NCBI GenBank assembly: GCA_963729605.1
Contig: CAVSNY010000004.1
Coordinates: 32,001 to 96,000, forward strand
Source of the DNA: an uncultured Gammaproteobacteria bacterium
GTDB lineage: Bacteria > Pseudomonadota > Gammaproteobacteria > DRLM01
DNA length: 64,000 nt
Direction of reading: 5' to 3'
A model generated the notes under the pieces. It was not told where the DNA came from, made no database searches, and saw nothing but the letters and a program-made list of their open reading frames with translations. Positions 11,974 to 22,091 of this stretch are shown piece after piece (position 1 is the first letter of the stretch; every line of letters begins with the position of its first letter). Position numbers and translations under genes: made by a program.

Positions 11974-12329
11974 AACCTATCGCAAAAATGAAATAGAAGT
12001 CCCAAACCGGCTAACCCCTCTCCCTGTCCCTCTCCCACCCGCGGGAGAGGGGACGTTTTTAACGATCGTGCAGCCATCTTTATCCCCTCTCCCCTCGTGG
12101 GAGAGGGGTAGGGGAGAGGGGGGATGACGGCGAAGACCCTATTCAGAAACCGCGGCGATTTATTTTAAGGAACCTCTGATTTATTCAGAGGTTCCCGCGC
12201 CACACGGATGTGCCGCCATTTTCAATGATGTCAGCCATTGAAAATGAAGAGCAGCGAAAATCACATTTTCGCTGCCCGCGCCCTGAAAATTCCAGGATGG
12301 AATTATTCAGAGCGTCCTTAAGATAGATT
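11974..12329. mobile_element. MITE-like element B copy 2 with perfect CTAG target duplication
   Basis: CTAG|AACCTATCGCAAAA ... AGATAGGTT|CTAG; inverted REP doublet at about 12014-12123. Confidence 0.8.
12169..12317 (+). mobile_element. MITE-like element A nested in element B
   Basis: TTAA|GGAACCTCTGATTTATTC ... GAATTATTCAGAGCGTCC|TTAA. Confidence 0.85.
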
Positions 12330-12446
12330 CTAGTCGATCAGCGCCGTCCTAAACCAAAGCGCTTCGTGTCTACGCGGCATGGGTTGAAGCTGCCGCGAGT
12401 GTAGGCGAGAATGCCCCCTCATTCACCGACAACGCATCACGCCCTC

Positions 12447-12770
12447 ATGATCGAACCGAGTAACGAAACCGAACTGCGCGCCCTGCTCAACGGCGAGACC
12501 GGCAAATTGCACTGGCGGGAATTGCAGCGCCATTACGCCCGCGGCGCGGTGATTCGCGTCGCCCCGGCGTTGGATCTGGTGGAGGTGGCCTTGCGTTTGA
12601 TGCAGGACGACAAAGCCATCTTCGAGGCGTGGCTGGACGCGGGACTCGTGATGCGCGCCGACGATGGTCACGCCGAAGGGTGGGCCGCGCGTGGCGCGGT
12701 GTTGTGGGCGGTGGTAGTCGCGCCGTGGGTCCTGGTGCAGGAGACCGAGGCCGGCCTCGATCTGAATTGA
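12447..12770 (+). CDS. DUF2288 family protein
   Basis: LNGETGKLHWRELQRHYARG and WAVVVAPWVLVQ motifs. Confidence 0.85.
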   Translation: MIEPSNETELRALLNGETGKLHWRELQRHYARGAVIRVAPALDLVEVALRLMQDDKAIFEAWLDAGLVMRADDGHAEGWAARGAVLWAVVVAPWVLVQETEAGLDLN

Positions 12771-12995
12771 AAGCGCACCGCGCTTCGCGCATCCGAATGC
12801 CGTTGTGAATTGCCTATCCTCATTCTTGCGGCGTGGCCCCGCCGAATTGATCGCCGTCCCCGATGACGTACCGCTGGTCAGACACTGACGGGTCGAGATT
12901 GATTTGTCATCGATGCTTCACCCTCGCGTTGTCGAGAGGTGCGCCGACAAACAAGCCAGTGAGCCGTCCTGGTGTTATACTGCGCGGGTTTTTAA

Positions 12996-13143
12996 GAAAC
13001 CTCCGATTTATTTCGAGGTTTCACGCGGCACAGGGACGCGTCGTCATGCCCCGATCAGGAAAGTGATCGAGGCAGGGTGAAATCAAAATCACATCTCGTG
13101 TTTCGTCTCCGCAAAATCCAGGGAGGAATTTGGCGGGGCTTCC
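12996..13143 (+). mobile_element. MITE-like element A (diverged copy)
   Basis: TTAA|GAAACCTCCGATTTATT ... GGAATTTGGCGGGGCTTCC; same internal hairpin order as the other copies. Confidence 0.7.
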
Positions 13144-13172
13144 TAAAATTTATACATGGAGCAAAAAATCAA

Positions 13173-13631
13173 ATGGTGGAACAAAACAAGAGCGTCATCG
13201 GTGCGCGTGGCGCGGCCGCGGTAAAAGCGATACAGGCCGCCGAGGCGCTGGCGGTGAAGGCCCATGCGGATTGGGCGAAGTCCATCGCCGCCGCCGTGGC
13301 GGTGACCGATAAAGAATTCGCCGTCGTCGCCAAAAAGGCGGCGGGGCTCAAGGCGCGGTCGGCCAAGGCGCTGGCGCGGGTGAAGAATGCCAAAGGCCCG
13401 GCGGCCAAGGTCAAGGCGCGTGACGCACGCAAACAAGTGCAGACGCAGTTGGCGGCGGTCACCGCCGATCTGGCTACCCTGCGCGCATCGCAAGCCGCCG
13501 CCCAGGCCGACGCCAAATTGTTCAAGCTGATCGACAAGGCCTTGACCGGCGCGATGAAGGCGGCGGACAAGGCGGCGGCCAAGGCCGCGAAGTCCAAGAA
13601 ACGCCGCCGGGCTAAAAAACCGGTGTCATGA
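13173..13631 (+). CDS. Ala/Lys-rich basic coiled-coil protein (histone H1/AlgP-like)
   Basis: GGAG RBS; very Ala/Lys rich with basic tail KAAKSKKRRRAKK; the upstream part of the long ORF is MITE sequence. Confidence 0.7.
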   Translation: MVEQNKSVIGARGAAAVKAIQAAEALAVKAHADWAKSIAAAVAVTDKEFAVVAKKAAGLKARSAKALARVKNAKGPAAKVKARDARKQVQTQLAAVTADLATLRASQAAAQADAKLFKLIDKALTGAMKAADKAAAKAAKSKKRRRAKKPVS

Positions 13632-13922
13632 TCCGGACGGGCGGGGCGCATATTTCCGAATAAATGCTGAAAAACGCCATGCGGAAAGGGCTTGCCGGCC
13701 AAGCCCGTGTGTCCCGCCCTCCTCCCCGATTTCCTCTCGTGTTGTCTGCCCGTGCCGGTGCCGCCGGCGGGTGACGCCGTTCGCCTTCGCGGGTGGATTT
13801 GTGAGAGAATGCGCCGCGGTCGCGCGGGCCACCTCGTTCGCGGGCTGGCAGCCCGCATCACGTCCGCCATCCATTAAGTAGCGCCTTTGCAGTAAACCTC
13901 TTTTATATTTGGAACAGTACTC

Positions 13923-15515
13923 GTGATTTCTACAGCCAACCTCGCCATCCAGTTTGGGGCCAAACCTCTTTTTGAAAATGTCTCGGTCAAGTTCGGCGGC
14001 GGCAACCGTTACGGCCTGATCGGCGCCAACGGTTGCGGCAAATCCACCTTGATGAAGATCCTCGGCGGCGACCTGGACGCGAGCGCGGGGTCGGTGAGCA
14101 TCGAGGCCAATCAACGGCTCGGCAAACTGCGCCAGGATCAATTCGCCTTCGAGAATTACACGGTGCTCGATACGGTGATCATGGGGCACGGCGAGTTGTG
14201 GCGTATCAAACAGGAACGCGACCGCATCTATTCCTTGCCCGAGATGAGCGACGACGACGGCATGAAAGTCGCCGACCTGGAAGTCGCCTTCGCCGAGATG
14301 GACGGTTACACCGCCGAGTCTCGTGCCGGGGAATTGCTGCTGGGTCTGGGCATCCCCATCGAACAACACACGGGACCGATGAGCGCGGTGGCGCCGGGCT
14401 GGAAACTGCGGGTGCTGCTGGCGCAGGCGCTGTTCGCCGATCCGGACATCATGCTGCTCGACGAGCCCACCAACAACCTCGACATCAGCACCATCCGCTG
14501 GCTGGAGGGCGTGCTCAACGCCCGCACCAGCACCATGATCATCATCTCCCATGACCGCCATTTCCTGAACAGCGTATGCACTCACATGGCCGATCTCGAC
14601 TACGGCGAGGTGCGCGTCTATCCCGGCAATTACGACGACTACATGATCGCGGCCACGCAAGTGCGCGAACGCCTGTTGTCCGACAACGCCAAGAAAAAGG
14701 CCCAGATCGCCGATTTGCAGACCTTCGTCAGCCGCTTTTCCGCCAACGCCTCCAAAGCCAAACAGGCCACCTCGCGCGCCAAACAGATCGAGAAGATCAA
14801 GCTGGAGGACGTCAAGCCCTCGAGCCGGGTCAATCCTTACATCCGTTTCGAGCAGGAGAAAAAATTGTATCGCCTGGCTTTGGAGGTAAAGGGACTGAGC
14901 AAGGGTTACGGCGCCACGCCGCTGTTCAGCGATCTCGATTTGATGGTGGAAGTGGGCGAACGCATCGCGGTGATCGGGCCGAACGGCATCGGCAAAACCA
15001 CCTTGTTGCGGACCCTGGTCGGCGAACTCGCGCCGGACAGCGGCGTAGTGAAATGGTCGGAGAACGCCAACGTCGGTTACTTCGCCCAGGATCACGCCGC
15101 CGATTTCGCCGACAACACCTCTCTGTTCGACTGGATGAGCCAGTGGCAGCAACCGGGCGAGGATGAGCAGGTGATCCGCGGCACCTTGGGCCGCTTGCTG
15201 TTTTCCCAGGATGAAATTAAAAAATCGGTGAAGCATATTTCCGGTGGCGAACAGGGCCGCATGTTGTTCGGCAAGTTGATGCAGCTCAAGCCCAATGTGT
15301 TGGTGATGGACGAACCCACCAATCACTTGGACATGGAGTCGATCGAGTCGCTCAATACCGCGCTGGAAAATTATCCCGGCACCTTGATCTTCGTCAGCCA
15401 CGACCGCGAATTCGTCTCGTCGCTCGCCACCCGCATCATCGAGATGACGCCGCGGGGTCTGGTGAACTTCAACGGCAGCTACGACGATTATCTGCGTAGC
15501 CAGGGCGTGGAGTAA
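13923..15515 (+). CDS. ybiT: ABC-F family ATPase (YbiT-like)
   Basis: Two Walker A motifs ([16 protein letters not shown]), LDEPTNNLD and [22 protein letters not shown] linker, no TM segments. Confidence 0.9.
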   Translation: MISTANLAIQFGAKPLFENVSVKFGGGNRYGLIGANGCGKSTLMKILGGDLDASAGSVSIEANQRLGKLRQDQFAFENYTVLDTVIMGHGELWRIKQERDRIYSLPEMSDDDGMKVADLEVAFAEMDGYTAESRAGELLLGLGIPIEQHTGPMSAVAPGWKLRVLLAQALFADPDIMLLDEPTNNLDISTIRWLEGVLNARTSTMIIISHDRHFLNSVCTHMADLDYGEVRVYPGNYDDYMIAATQVRERLLSDNAKKKAQIADLQTFVSRFSANASKAKQATSRAKQIEKIKLEDVKPSSRVNPYIRFEQEKKLYRLALEVKGLSKGYGATPLFSDLDLMVEVGERIAVIGPNGIGKTTLLRTLVGELAPDSGVVKWSENANVGYFAQDHAADFADNTSLFDWMSQWQQPGEDEQVIRGTLGRLLFSQDEIKKSVKHISGGEQGRMLFGKLMQLKPNVLVMDEPTNHLDMESIESLNTALENYPGTLIFVSHDREFVSSLATRIIEMTPRGLVNFNGSYDDYLRSQGVE

Positions 15516-15572
15516 GCGAGTCGCGATATCTCCCGCCCGCCGAAAAGCGGGTGAGGAGTTCGCCGCGCGGAG

Positions 15573-15830
15573 TTAATCGTCTTCCCGCGCGATACCCAGT
15601 CGCACCAGATTGCCGTCGCTGTCCACCTCGCAGTGGAACAGGATGGGGCGACAGCAGATTTCGCAATCCTCGTAATAAGTCTGATTGCCCGCCGAACCGT
15701 CCACGCTGATATTGAAGGTTTCCCCGCAGTAGGGGCATTCCACGGATCTTTCATGCAGCAAGGGGATGTCGCCCGCCAGGAAGGATTTGCCGGTCTTGGG
15801 TTTTGCGCGCTTGTCGGGGTGATGGTCCAT
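15573..15830 (-). CDS. CPXCG motif cysteine-rich protein (start uncertain)
   Basis: CPYCGE...QTYYEDCEICCRPI. Confidence 0.85.
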   Translation of the reverse strand: MDHHPDKRAKPKTGKSFLAGDIPLLHERSVECPYCGETFNISVDGSAGNQTYYEDCEICCRPILFHCEVDSDGNLVRLGIAREDD

Positions 15831-15868
15831 GATATGTCGACTCACTCTTGATGCATGCTGCGAATTGG

Positions 15869-16009
15869 GCAAGCTCTGATCTTATTCAGAGTCCGCCGCG
15901 GCACGGGAGGGTGCCGCTATTTCAACGGTGCTCAGCCGTTGAAAATGAAGAAAGCGAAAATGAATCCGCATCGCCCGCCGATTCCAGAATGGAATTATCG
16001 CGGGTTCTC
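15869..16009 (+). mobile_element. MITE-like element A (first of tandem pair)
   Basis: GCAAGCTCTGATCTTATTC ... GGAATTATCGCGGGTTCTC|TTAG. Confidence 0.75.
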
Positions 16010-16013
16010 TTAG

Positions 16014-16163
16014 GAAACCTCTGATTTATTCAGAGGCTCCCGCGGCACATGGATGTGCCGCCATTTTCAACGGCGTTTACCATCAAAAATGAAGGGAAAC
16101 GAAAATCACATTTTCGCTTTCCCGTACTCTGAAAATTCCAGGATGGAATTATTCAGAGCTTCC
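16014..16163 (+). mobile_element. MITE-like element A (well-preserved copy)
   Basis: TTAG|GAAACCTCTGATTTATTC ... GAATTATTCAGAGCTTCC|TTAG. Confidence 0.85.
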
Positions 16164-16207
16164 TTAGAGTGTAGTCGCGTCGCCGTGTCTGTCCATAGAG
16201 GAAATGC

Positions 16208-16636
16208 CTAACCCGCGGCGAGACGCAGCAGCAGGGCGCGGGTCTCCGGATGTATGGCCGGGTCATCCAACGCGGCCAGATCGATCCAACATACTTCCCG
16301 CGCATCATCGCCCGCGATGGCCTTGCCGTCCAGATAATCGGCGAGCAAACACACCACCACGTAGTGATAACGAATGTGTCCCGTCGCATCCGCATCGATC
16401 ACGTCGAAGGCGTGGAGCACCTCCCGGGCGCGCGCCGTCACGCCGGTTTCCTCCCGCACCTCGCGTTCGGCCGCCTGCCGCAAGGTCTCGCCGAGCCGCA
16501 CCGTGCCGCCGGGCAGCGCCCACCATCCCGCGTTGGGCGGGCGGTCGCGCCGCACCAGCAAGACCTCGGCGCCGCGCGCGACCACCACGCCCACGCCCAG
16601 GCGGGGTTCGGCCGGATAGGTGCGCGGGTCGTTCAT
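16208..16636 (-). CDS. NUDIX hydrolase
   Basis: Nudix box GGTVRLGETLRQAAEREVREETG; start MNDPRTYP overlaps the upstream stop. Confidence 0.9.
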   Translation of the reverse strand: MNDPRTYPAEPRLGVGVVVARGAEVLLVRRDRPPNAGWWALPGGTVRLGETLRQAAEREVREETGVTARAREVLHAFDVIDADATGHIRYHYVVVCLLADYLDGKAIAGDDAREVCWIDLAALDDPAIHPETRALLLRLAAG

Positions 16637-18168
16637 TGCGGCGCGGCGCCGGTTTGGATGGTGAAGATCAACATCGCCTCGTCGCGGTCCAGCGCCTCTT
16701 GATGTTCGAGTTGCCGTTCCAGTACGGCGACGTCGGCTTCGGAGGCGTCGCGGCCCCGGGTCGCGCGTTCGGCGACGCGGCCGCGCAATTGTTCCGGCGG
16801 CGCCTTGCAATCGAAGATCACGAAGGGAAGTTCGAGGCGTTCGGCGAGTTGCCGGAACAGTTCGCGTTGCGCGCGTTTTAAAAACGCGGCATCGACGATG
16901 ACCGGGAAACCCGCATCGAGCACGGTCTCCGCCAGTTCGGCGAGATGGTGATAGGTGCGCGCGCCGGCGTCGGCGCTGTACAGGCCGCTGTTGACCGCGG
17001 AGCCGCTGCGCGCGTCGGCCGCCAGACCGAACAGCCGTTTGCGTTCCACGTCGGAGCGCAGCCGTATCGCGCCCTGCGATTCCAGCACGCCGTCGCTCAG
17101 CGTGGTCTTGCCCGAGCCGGACAGGCCGTGGGTGATCATCAAAGGCGTGGGCCCCGCCGCGGTGAAACGCGCGGCGAGACGCAGATAAGCGGCGACGTGT
17201 TGCCGCGCGGCGCGGCCTTGTTCTTCGCTCACGCCGTCTTGCGCGAGGCGCAGGCAGGCCACCTTGGCGCGCACCAGCGCGCGATACACCTGGTAGAAAC
17301 GCAATACCCGCAGACCCGCATAATCGCCGGTGTGTTGCAGATAATCGTTCAAGACGCGCCGGGCGAGGTCGGACCGGCCGCGGTCGTGGAGGTCCATGGT
17401 GAGAAAGGCGATCTCGCTCATCACATCGATCCAGCGCAGCTCGGGATTGAACTCGATGCAATCGAACAGCACCGGCCGGCCGTCGAGCAGGGCGATGTTG
17501 CCGAGATGGGCGTCGCCGTGGCATTCGCGGATATACCCCGTCTGTTGGCGCTGGGTGAACACGCCGCGCAAGCTGGCGAAGGCGCTTTCGCTCCAGCGCT
17601 GCAACGCGTCGAGCTGGTCGAGTTCGTCGCGGGCCGCCAGACGCGGGCGGATCTGCGCGAAATTTTGCGCCACCGGTTGCCAGACCGCCTCCGCCGAACC
17701 GTAGTGTCCACCGGCCTTCGCCACCGCGGCGGTGCGGTGAAACGCGGCCAGGGTCTCGGCGAGGGCGGCGATCTGCGCGGCGGCGAGTTCGCCGCGGGCC
17801 AGCACCCGGTCGAGCTGGGCCTCCTGGGGGAACTCGCGCATCTGCACTGCGTATTCGATGGCCTCGCCCGCGCCGCCGAGGCGGGGCGCGGCCGGTGTGC
17901 CGGTAATGGGGAGTACCGCGAGATAAAGCTCGGGGGCCAGGCGGCGGTTGAGGCGCAGTTCTTCCTCGCAGCAGTGGCGGCGTTTCGCCAGGCTGGAAAA
18001 ATCGAGAAAGCCGAAGTCCACCGGCTTTTTGATCTTGTAGGCGTAGTCGCCGGTGAGCAGCACCCAGGAGATGTGGGTTTCCACCAGCCGCACGCCGACC
18101 GCCGGGTGGGCGTAACAGGCCGGGTTTTGCAAGGCCTCAATCAGTGTGATGCTCGGGTCCTCGGTCAC
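16633..18168 (-). CDS. Bifunctional APH-like kinase / AAA_33 P-loop protein
   Basis: ETHISWV, RECHGDAHLGN, FDCIEFN, GLSGSGKT, RSDVERKRL. Confidence 0.9.
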   Translation of the reverse strand: MTEDPSITLIEALQNPACYAHPAVGVRLVETHISWVLLTGDYAYKIKKPVDFGFLDFSSLAKRRHCCEEELRLNRRLAPELYLAVLPITGTPAAPRLGGAGEAIEYAVQMREFPQEAQLDRVLARGELAAAQIAALAETLAAFHRTAAVAKAGGHYGSAEAVWQPVAQNFAQIRPRLAARDELDQLDALQRWSESAFASLRGVFTQRQQTGYIRECHGDAHLGNIALLDGRPVLFDCIEFNPELRWIDVMSEIAFLTMDLHDRGRSDLARRVLNDYLQHTGDYAGLRVLRFYQVYRALVRAKVACLRLAQDGVSEEQGRAARQHVAAYLRLAARFTAAGPTPLMITHGLSGSGKTTLSDGVLESQGAIRLRSDVERKRLFGLAADARSGSAVNSGLYSADAGARTYHHLAELAETVLDAGFPVIVDAAFLKRAQRELFRQLAERLELPFVIFDCKAPPEQLRGRVAERATRGRDASEADVAVLERQLEHQEALDRDEAMLIFTIQTGAAPQ

Positions 18169-18347
18169 GATCCGCTCGACACGGTGGGTACGGAATCATT
18201 ATTCCAAATGGGACCGGCGCCGCAAGCCTTATTTTCCGTGGCGGGTCGCCCATCGCGCGTGCGCGAACGTGTATAATCGCGCCATACTTCGCCTTGCCGA
18301 AGTCGCCGATTCACTTCTATACCCTTGCAGCCGGTCGCCATTCGCTA

Positions 18348-20672
18348 ATGATGTTTTCCCGTTTCCGCCGCCGCACCCAACGCAAGCCGGGCCGTTTGCT
18401 CCGGCGCGTTCTGCTGTGGGGCCTGCCCGTCGTCGCGCTGCTGGGTTTGGCCGCGTATCTGGTCTATCTCGATAAAGCCATCCGCGATCAGTTCGAAGAC
18501 CGGCGCTGGGCCTTGCCGGCCTATGTCTATGCCCGTTCCCTGGAGTTGTTCCCCGGCGCGCGCCTGTCGGCGGATGCCTTGGAAAAGGAGCTGCGCCTGC
18601 TGGCCTACCAGCCGCTCAATGGTACGTTGCGGCCCGGCTCCTACCAGCGGCACGGCGATACGGTGCGGGTCTTCACCCGTCCCTTCACCTATTGGGATGG
18701 CAAGGAGCCGGCCAGCGACGTCGAGCTGCAATTCAACGGCGGCGATCTAACCATGCTGACCGCGCGCAACGGCGGGCGCAATCTCGATCTGGCGCGGCTC
18801 GATCCGGTGGTGATCGGCCGCATCTATCCCGCCCATCACGAAGACCGGGTGCTGGTGAAGCTGGAGCAGGTACCCGGCTTGTTGCGCGACGGCCTGCAGG
18901 CGGTCGAGGACAAAAATTTTTATCGCCACTGGGGCGTGGACCCGCAGGCGGTACTGCGGGCGTTGTGGACCAATCTGCGCGAAGGCGAGGTGGTGCAGGG
19001 CGGCAGCACGCTCACCCAGCAATTGGTCAAGAATATCTTTCTCACCAATGAACGCACCTTGGTGCGCAAACTCAACGAGGCCTTGATGGCGGTGTTGCTC
19101 GACGCCGATTACAGCAAGGACGAAATCCTCGAGGCCTATTGCAACGAGATTTATCTGGGCCAGGACAATCAGCGCGCCATCCACGGCTTCGGACTCGCCA
19201 GCGAGTTTTATTTCGGCCAGCCGCTGGCGGATTTACAGCCTCATCAAATCGCCCTGTTGATCGGCCTGGTGAAGGGACCGTCGTATTACGATCCGCGCCG
19301 CCACCCGCAGCGCGCCTCGGCGCGGCGCAACGTGGTGTTGACGGTGATGGAAGAGGCCGGGCTGCTGACCGCCGAGCAGGCGGCGCGCGCCCGCAAACAG
19401 CCTTTGGACGTGGTGGCGCGTCCGGCGGGGGTATCGAACTATCCCGCCTTCCTCGATCTGGTGCGCCGCCAATTGGGCCGCGATTACCGCGAGGAGGATC
19501 TGCGTTCCGAGGGATTGCGCATCTTCACGACCTTCGATCCTTTGGTGCAGGCCGCCGCCGAGCAGGCGGTGAGCCGGCGGGTGACGGCCTTGGAGAAACA
19601 GCGCGGTTTCAAGGCCGGCACGCTCGAAGGGGCGGTGGTGGTCACCAACGCCACCGGCGGCGAGGTGCTGGCGGCGGTGGGCGGACGCGATCCGCGTTTC
19701 GCCGGTTTCAACCGGGTGCTGGACGCCGAGCGGCAAATCGGCTCGCTGGTGAAGCCGGCGGTGTATCTCACCGCGCTGGAACGCCCGGCCAAATACAGCT
19801 TGATCACGCCCTTGGACGACAGCCCGCTGGAAATGAAAGTGCCGGGCGGCAAGCTGTGGCGGCCGCAGAACTACGACAAGCAATTTCACGGCATGGTGCC
19901 GCTGCACACGGCCTTGGCCCAATCCTATAATGTGCCGACGGTGCGGCTGGGTATGGATGTCGGTGTCGAGCGGGTGTTGGAGACCTTGCGCCAGCTCGGC
20001 ATCGAGCGGAAGATCGATCCTTACCCGGCCATGCTGTTGGGTGCCATGAGCCTCACGCCCTTCGAGGTCACCCAGATGTATCAAACCATCGCCAACGGCG
20101 GTTTTCACACGCCGTTGCGGGCGATACGCGAGGTGGTGAGCGTGCAGGGCACGCCGCTGCAGCGTTACTCCCTGCAACTCGATCAGGCGGTGGACGCCGC
20201 GAGTATTTATCTGCTCACCACCGCCATGCAGGAGGTGGTGATAACGGGTACCGCGCAGGGTTTGTCGTCCCGTTTGCCCGCCGGCCTCACCGTCGCGGGT
20301 AAAACCGGTACCACCGACGACCTGCGTGACAGCTGGTTCGCCGGTTTCAGCGGCGACCGGGTGGCGGTGGCCTGGGTGGGCCGCGACGACAATGCCCCGG
20401 CCGGGTTCACCGGCGCGAGCGGCGCCATGCAGGTATGGGGCGATTTATTCGCCGCGCTGGAGACCGCTCCATTGGCGCTGGAAACCCCGGCCGGCGTGGA
20501 ATGGGTATGGATCGATCCCGCCACCGGCCTGCTCGGCCAAGCCGGGTGCGAGGGCGCCCGCCAATGGCCGTTCAGCGCCGGTTCGGCGCCGACGGAACTG
20601 GCGCCCTGCGCGCAAGGCGTGGAAGGCACGCTGCAGCGCTCGCTGGATTGGTTGAAAGGCTTTTTTGAATGA
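18348..20672 (+). CDS. mrcB: Penicillin-binding protein 1B
   Basis: TM anchor, UB2H region, EDKNFYRH, GGSTLTQQLVKN, GSLVKP, SYN, KTGT. Confidence 0.95.
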   Translation: MMFSRFRRRTQRKPGRLLRRVLLWGLPVVALLGLAAYLVYLDKAIRDQFEDRRWALPAYVYARSLELFPGARLSADALEKELRLLAYQPLNGTLRPGSYQRHGDTVRVFTRPFTYWDGKEPASDVELQFNGGDLTMLTARNGGRNLDLARLDPVVIGRIYPAHHEDRVLVKLEQVPGLLRDGLQAVEDKNFYRHWGVDPQAVLRALWTNLREGEVVQGGSTLTQQLVKNIFLTNERTLVRKLNEALMAVLLDADYSKDEILEAYCNEIYLGQDNQRAIHGFGLASEFYFGQPLADLQPHQIALLIGLVKGPSYYDPRRHPQRASARRNVVLTVMEEAGLLTAEQAARARKQPLDVVARPAGVSNYPAFLDLVRRQLGRDYREEDLRSEGLRIFTTFDPLVQAAAEQAVSRRVTALEKQRGFKAGTLEGAVVVTNATGGEVLAAVGGRDPRFAGFNRVLDAERQIGSLVKPAVYLTALERPAKYSLITPLDDSPLEMKVPGGKLWRPQNYDKQFHGMVPLHTALAQSYNVPTVRLGMDVGVERVLETLRQLGIERKIDPYPAMLLGAMSLTPFEVTQMYQTIANGGFHTPLRAIREVVSVQGTPLQRYSLQLDQAVDAASIYLLTTAMQEVVITGTAQGLSSRLPAGLTVAGKTGTTDDLRDSWFAGFSGDRVAVAWVGRDDNAPAGFTGASGAMQVWGDLFAALETAPLALETPAGVEWVWIDPATGLLGQAGCEGARQWPFSAGSAPTELAPCAQGVEGTLQRSLDWLKGFFE

Positions 20673-21256
20673 ATGTGATGAGCAGACTGAAAATCCGGTT
20701 CGCGCCCTATGGCATGGCGTTGTTGCTCGCGGGCTGCGGCACGCTGCCGCCCGTGGCGCGTGAACCGGTTGCGCCGCGCGCGCCGGTGATCAAGTCCGAA
20801 CCCGCCCCGCCGCCGGTTGGGGCGGCGCCGTCCCAACCGGCCGTGACGCAACCCCTGCCGGAAACACCGCCCGTCACCACTGAACCGTTACCGCCCCCGG
20901 CGGAGATCACCGTGCAGCCCATGCCCGCGCCGCCCGCCCCGGCGGTGGTCGCGCTGCTCGACAGCGCCGGACGTCAGGAACAGGCCGGCCAGTTGGAGAG
21001 CGCCGCCGCCACCCTCGAACGGGCCTTGCGCGTGGCCCCCCGCAACGGCACGGTGTGGTATCGTTTGGCGCGAGTACGTCTGGCGCAGGGTCAATGGCAG
21101 GCGGCGGCCAACTTGGCGGCCAAGTCCAACAGCCTGGCCGGCGCCGACGCCGGGCTGCGCAAGTTGAATTGGACCTTGATCGCCAAGGCCCGCGAACGAC
21201 TGGGCGACAAGGCGGGCGCGCGGGCCGCCCGCGCGCAGGCGGCGGAGCAGCAGTGA
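20669..21256 (+). CDS. TPR lipoprotein, LpoP-like PBP1B activator
   Basis: Lipobox LLAGC, Pro-rich linker, TPR (AAATLERALRVAP); coupled to mrcB. Confidence 0.8.
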   Translation: MNVMSRLKIRFAPYGMALLLAGCGTLPPVAREPVAPRAPVIKSEPAPPPVGAAPSQPAVTQPLPETPPVTTEPLPPPAEITVQPMPAPPAPAVVALLDSAGRQEQAGQLESAAATLERALRVAPRNGTVWYRLARVRLAQGQWQAAANLAAKSNSLAGADAGLRKLNWTLIAKARERLGDKAGARAARAQAAEQQ

Positions 21257-21321
21257 GGCCGGCACTCGCCCGCTGTTTGCGGGCATAATGAATCAGAATC
21301 AGGGACAGGCGGGGGGCGGCG

Positions 21322-21828
21322 GTGGGGCTTTATCAAGTCGACAAACTGATGAGCGAGGCGCGCCGGCTGGCGCGGGAGTATCGACTCGCCATGGGTAAAC
21401 CCCTGCCCGGCATCAGCGCCGAACTGGCGGTGCACGACGCCTGCCGTCTGCTCGAACTGGAGGCCGCGCCGGCGGGCGTCGGCGGTTATGACGCGGTTGG
21501 CCGCGGCCGGCGCGAGGGCAAACGCGTGCAGATCAAAGGCCGCGCGATTTTCGATGAAGGCAAGAGCGGCCAGCGGATCGGCCAGCTCAAGACCGAACAG
21601 GAATGGGACAGCGTGCTGCTGGTGCTCATGGATGAAAGTTACGAGCCTTATGAAATTTATGAAGGCGAACGTGACGAGGTATTGAACGCGGTGGACAAGA
21701 CCAGCAGCAACCGCAGCAAGCGCGGCGCCGTATCGGTGGCGCGTTTCAAGGCCATCGCGCGGCTGGTGTGGACCCGGGAAAACGGCGCCGAGGACGACGA
21801 GGTGTGGGACAATCAGGTCCGGCGCTGA
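21322..21828 (+). CDS. Hypothetical protein, possible PD-(D/E)XK-like fold
   Basis: GTG start, clean 168-aa ORF; E...GYDA...VQIK pattern. Confidence 0.7.
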   Translation: MGLYQVDKLMSEARRLAREYRLAMGKPLPGISAELAVHDACRLLELEAAPAGVGGYDAVGRGRREGKRVQIKGRAIFDEGKSGQRIGQLKTEQEWDSVLLVLMDESYEPYEIYEGERDEVLNAVDKTSSNRSKRGAVSVARFKAIARLVWTRENGAEDDEVWDNQVRR

Positions 21829-21889
21829 ACGCCGTCACGCCGGCGCCGCCCCGGCTCAGCCCAACTCTTTTTGCCAGCGCATCATTGAG

Positions 21890-22091
21890 AACCTATTTCA
21901 AAATTGGAATTAAAGACCCCAAGCCGGACCGAGGCGTTCTTCCCCCTCTCCCGCAAGCGGGAGAGGGTAGGGGTGAGGGCGTTCGGACGACCGCCGTCAC
22001 GACGCAAGGGCGACTTCTTCATTTCTCTCTTCCCTCACCCTGCTGGCGGCTGCGCCCCCTCGCCGCGCGCTCTCCGCCCGCGGGAGAGGGG
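21890..22091. mobile_element. MITE-like element B copy 3 (left end plus REP doublet; right end not found)
   Basis: AACCTATTTCAAAATTGGAATTAAAGACCCCAAGCCGGACCGAGGCG matches the reverse complement of about 9050-9097. Confidence 0.7.

Noticed and set aside
13077-13172. N-terminal extension of the Ala/Lys-rich protein
   Set aside because: It lies mostly inside MITE A; the RBS supports ATG 13173
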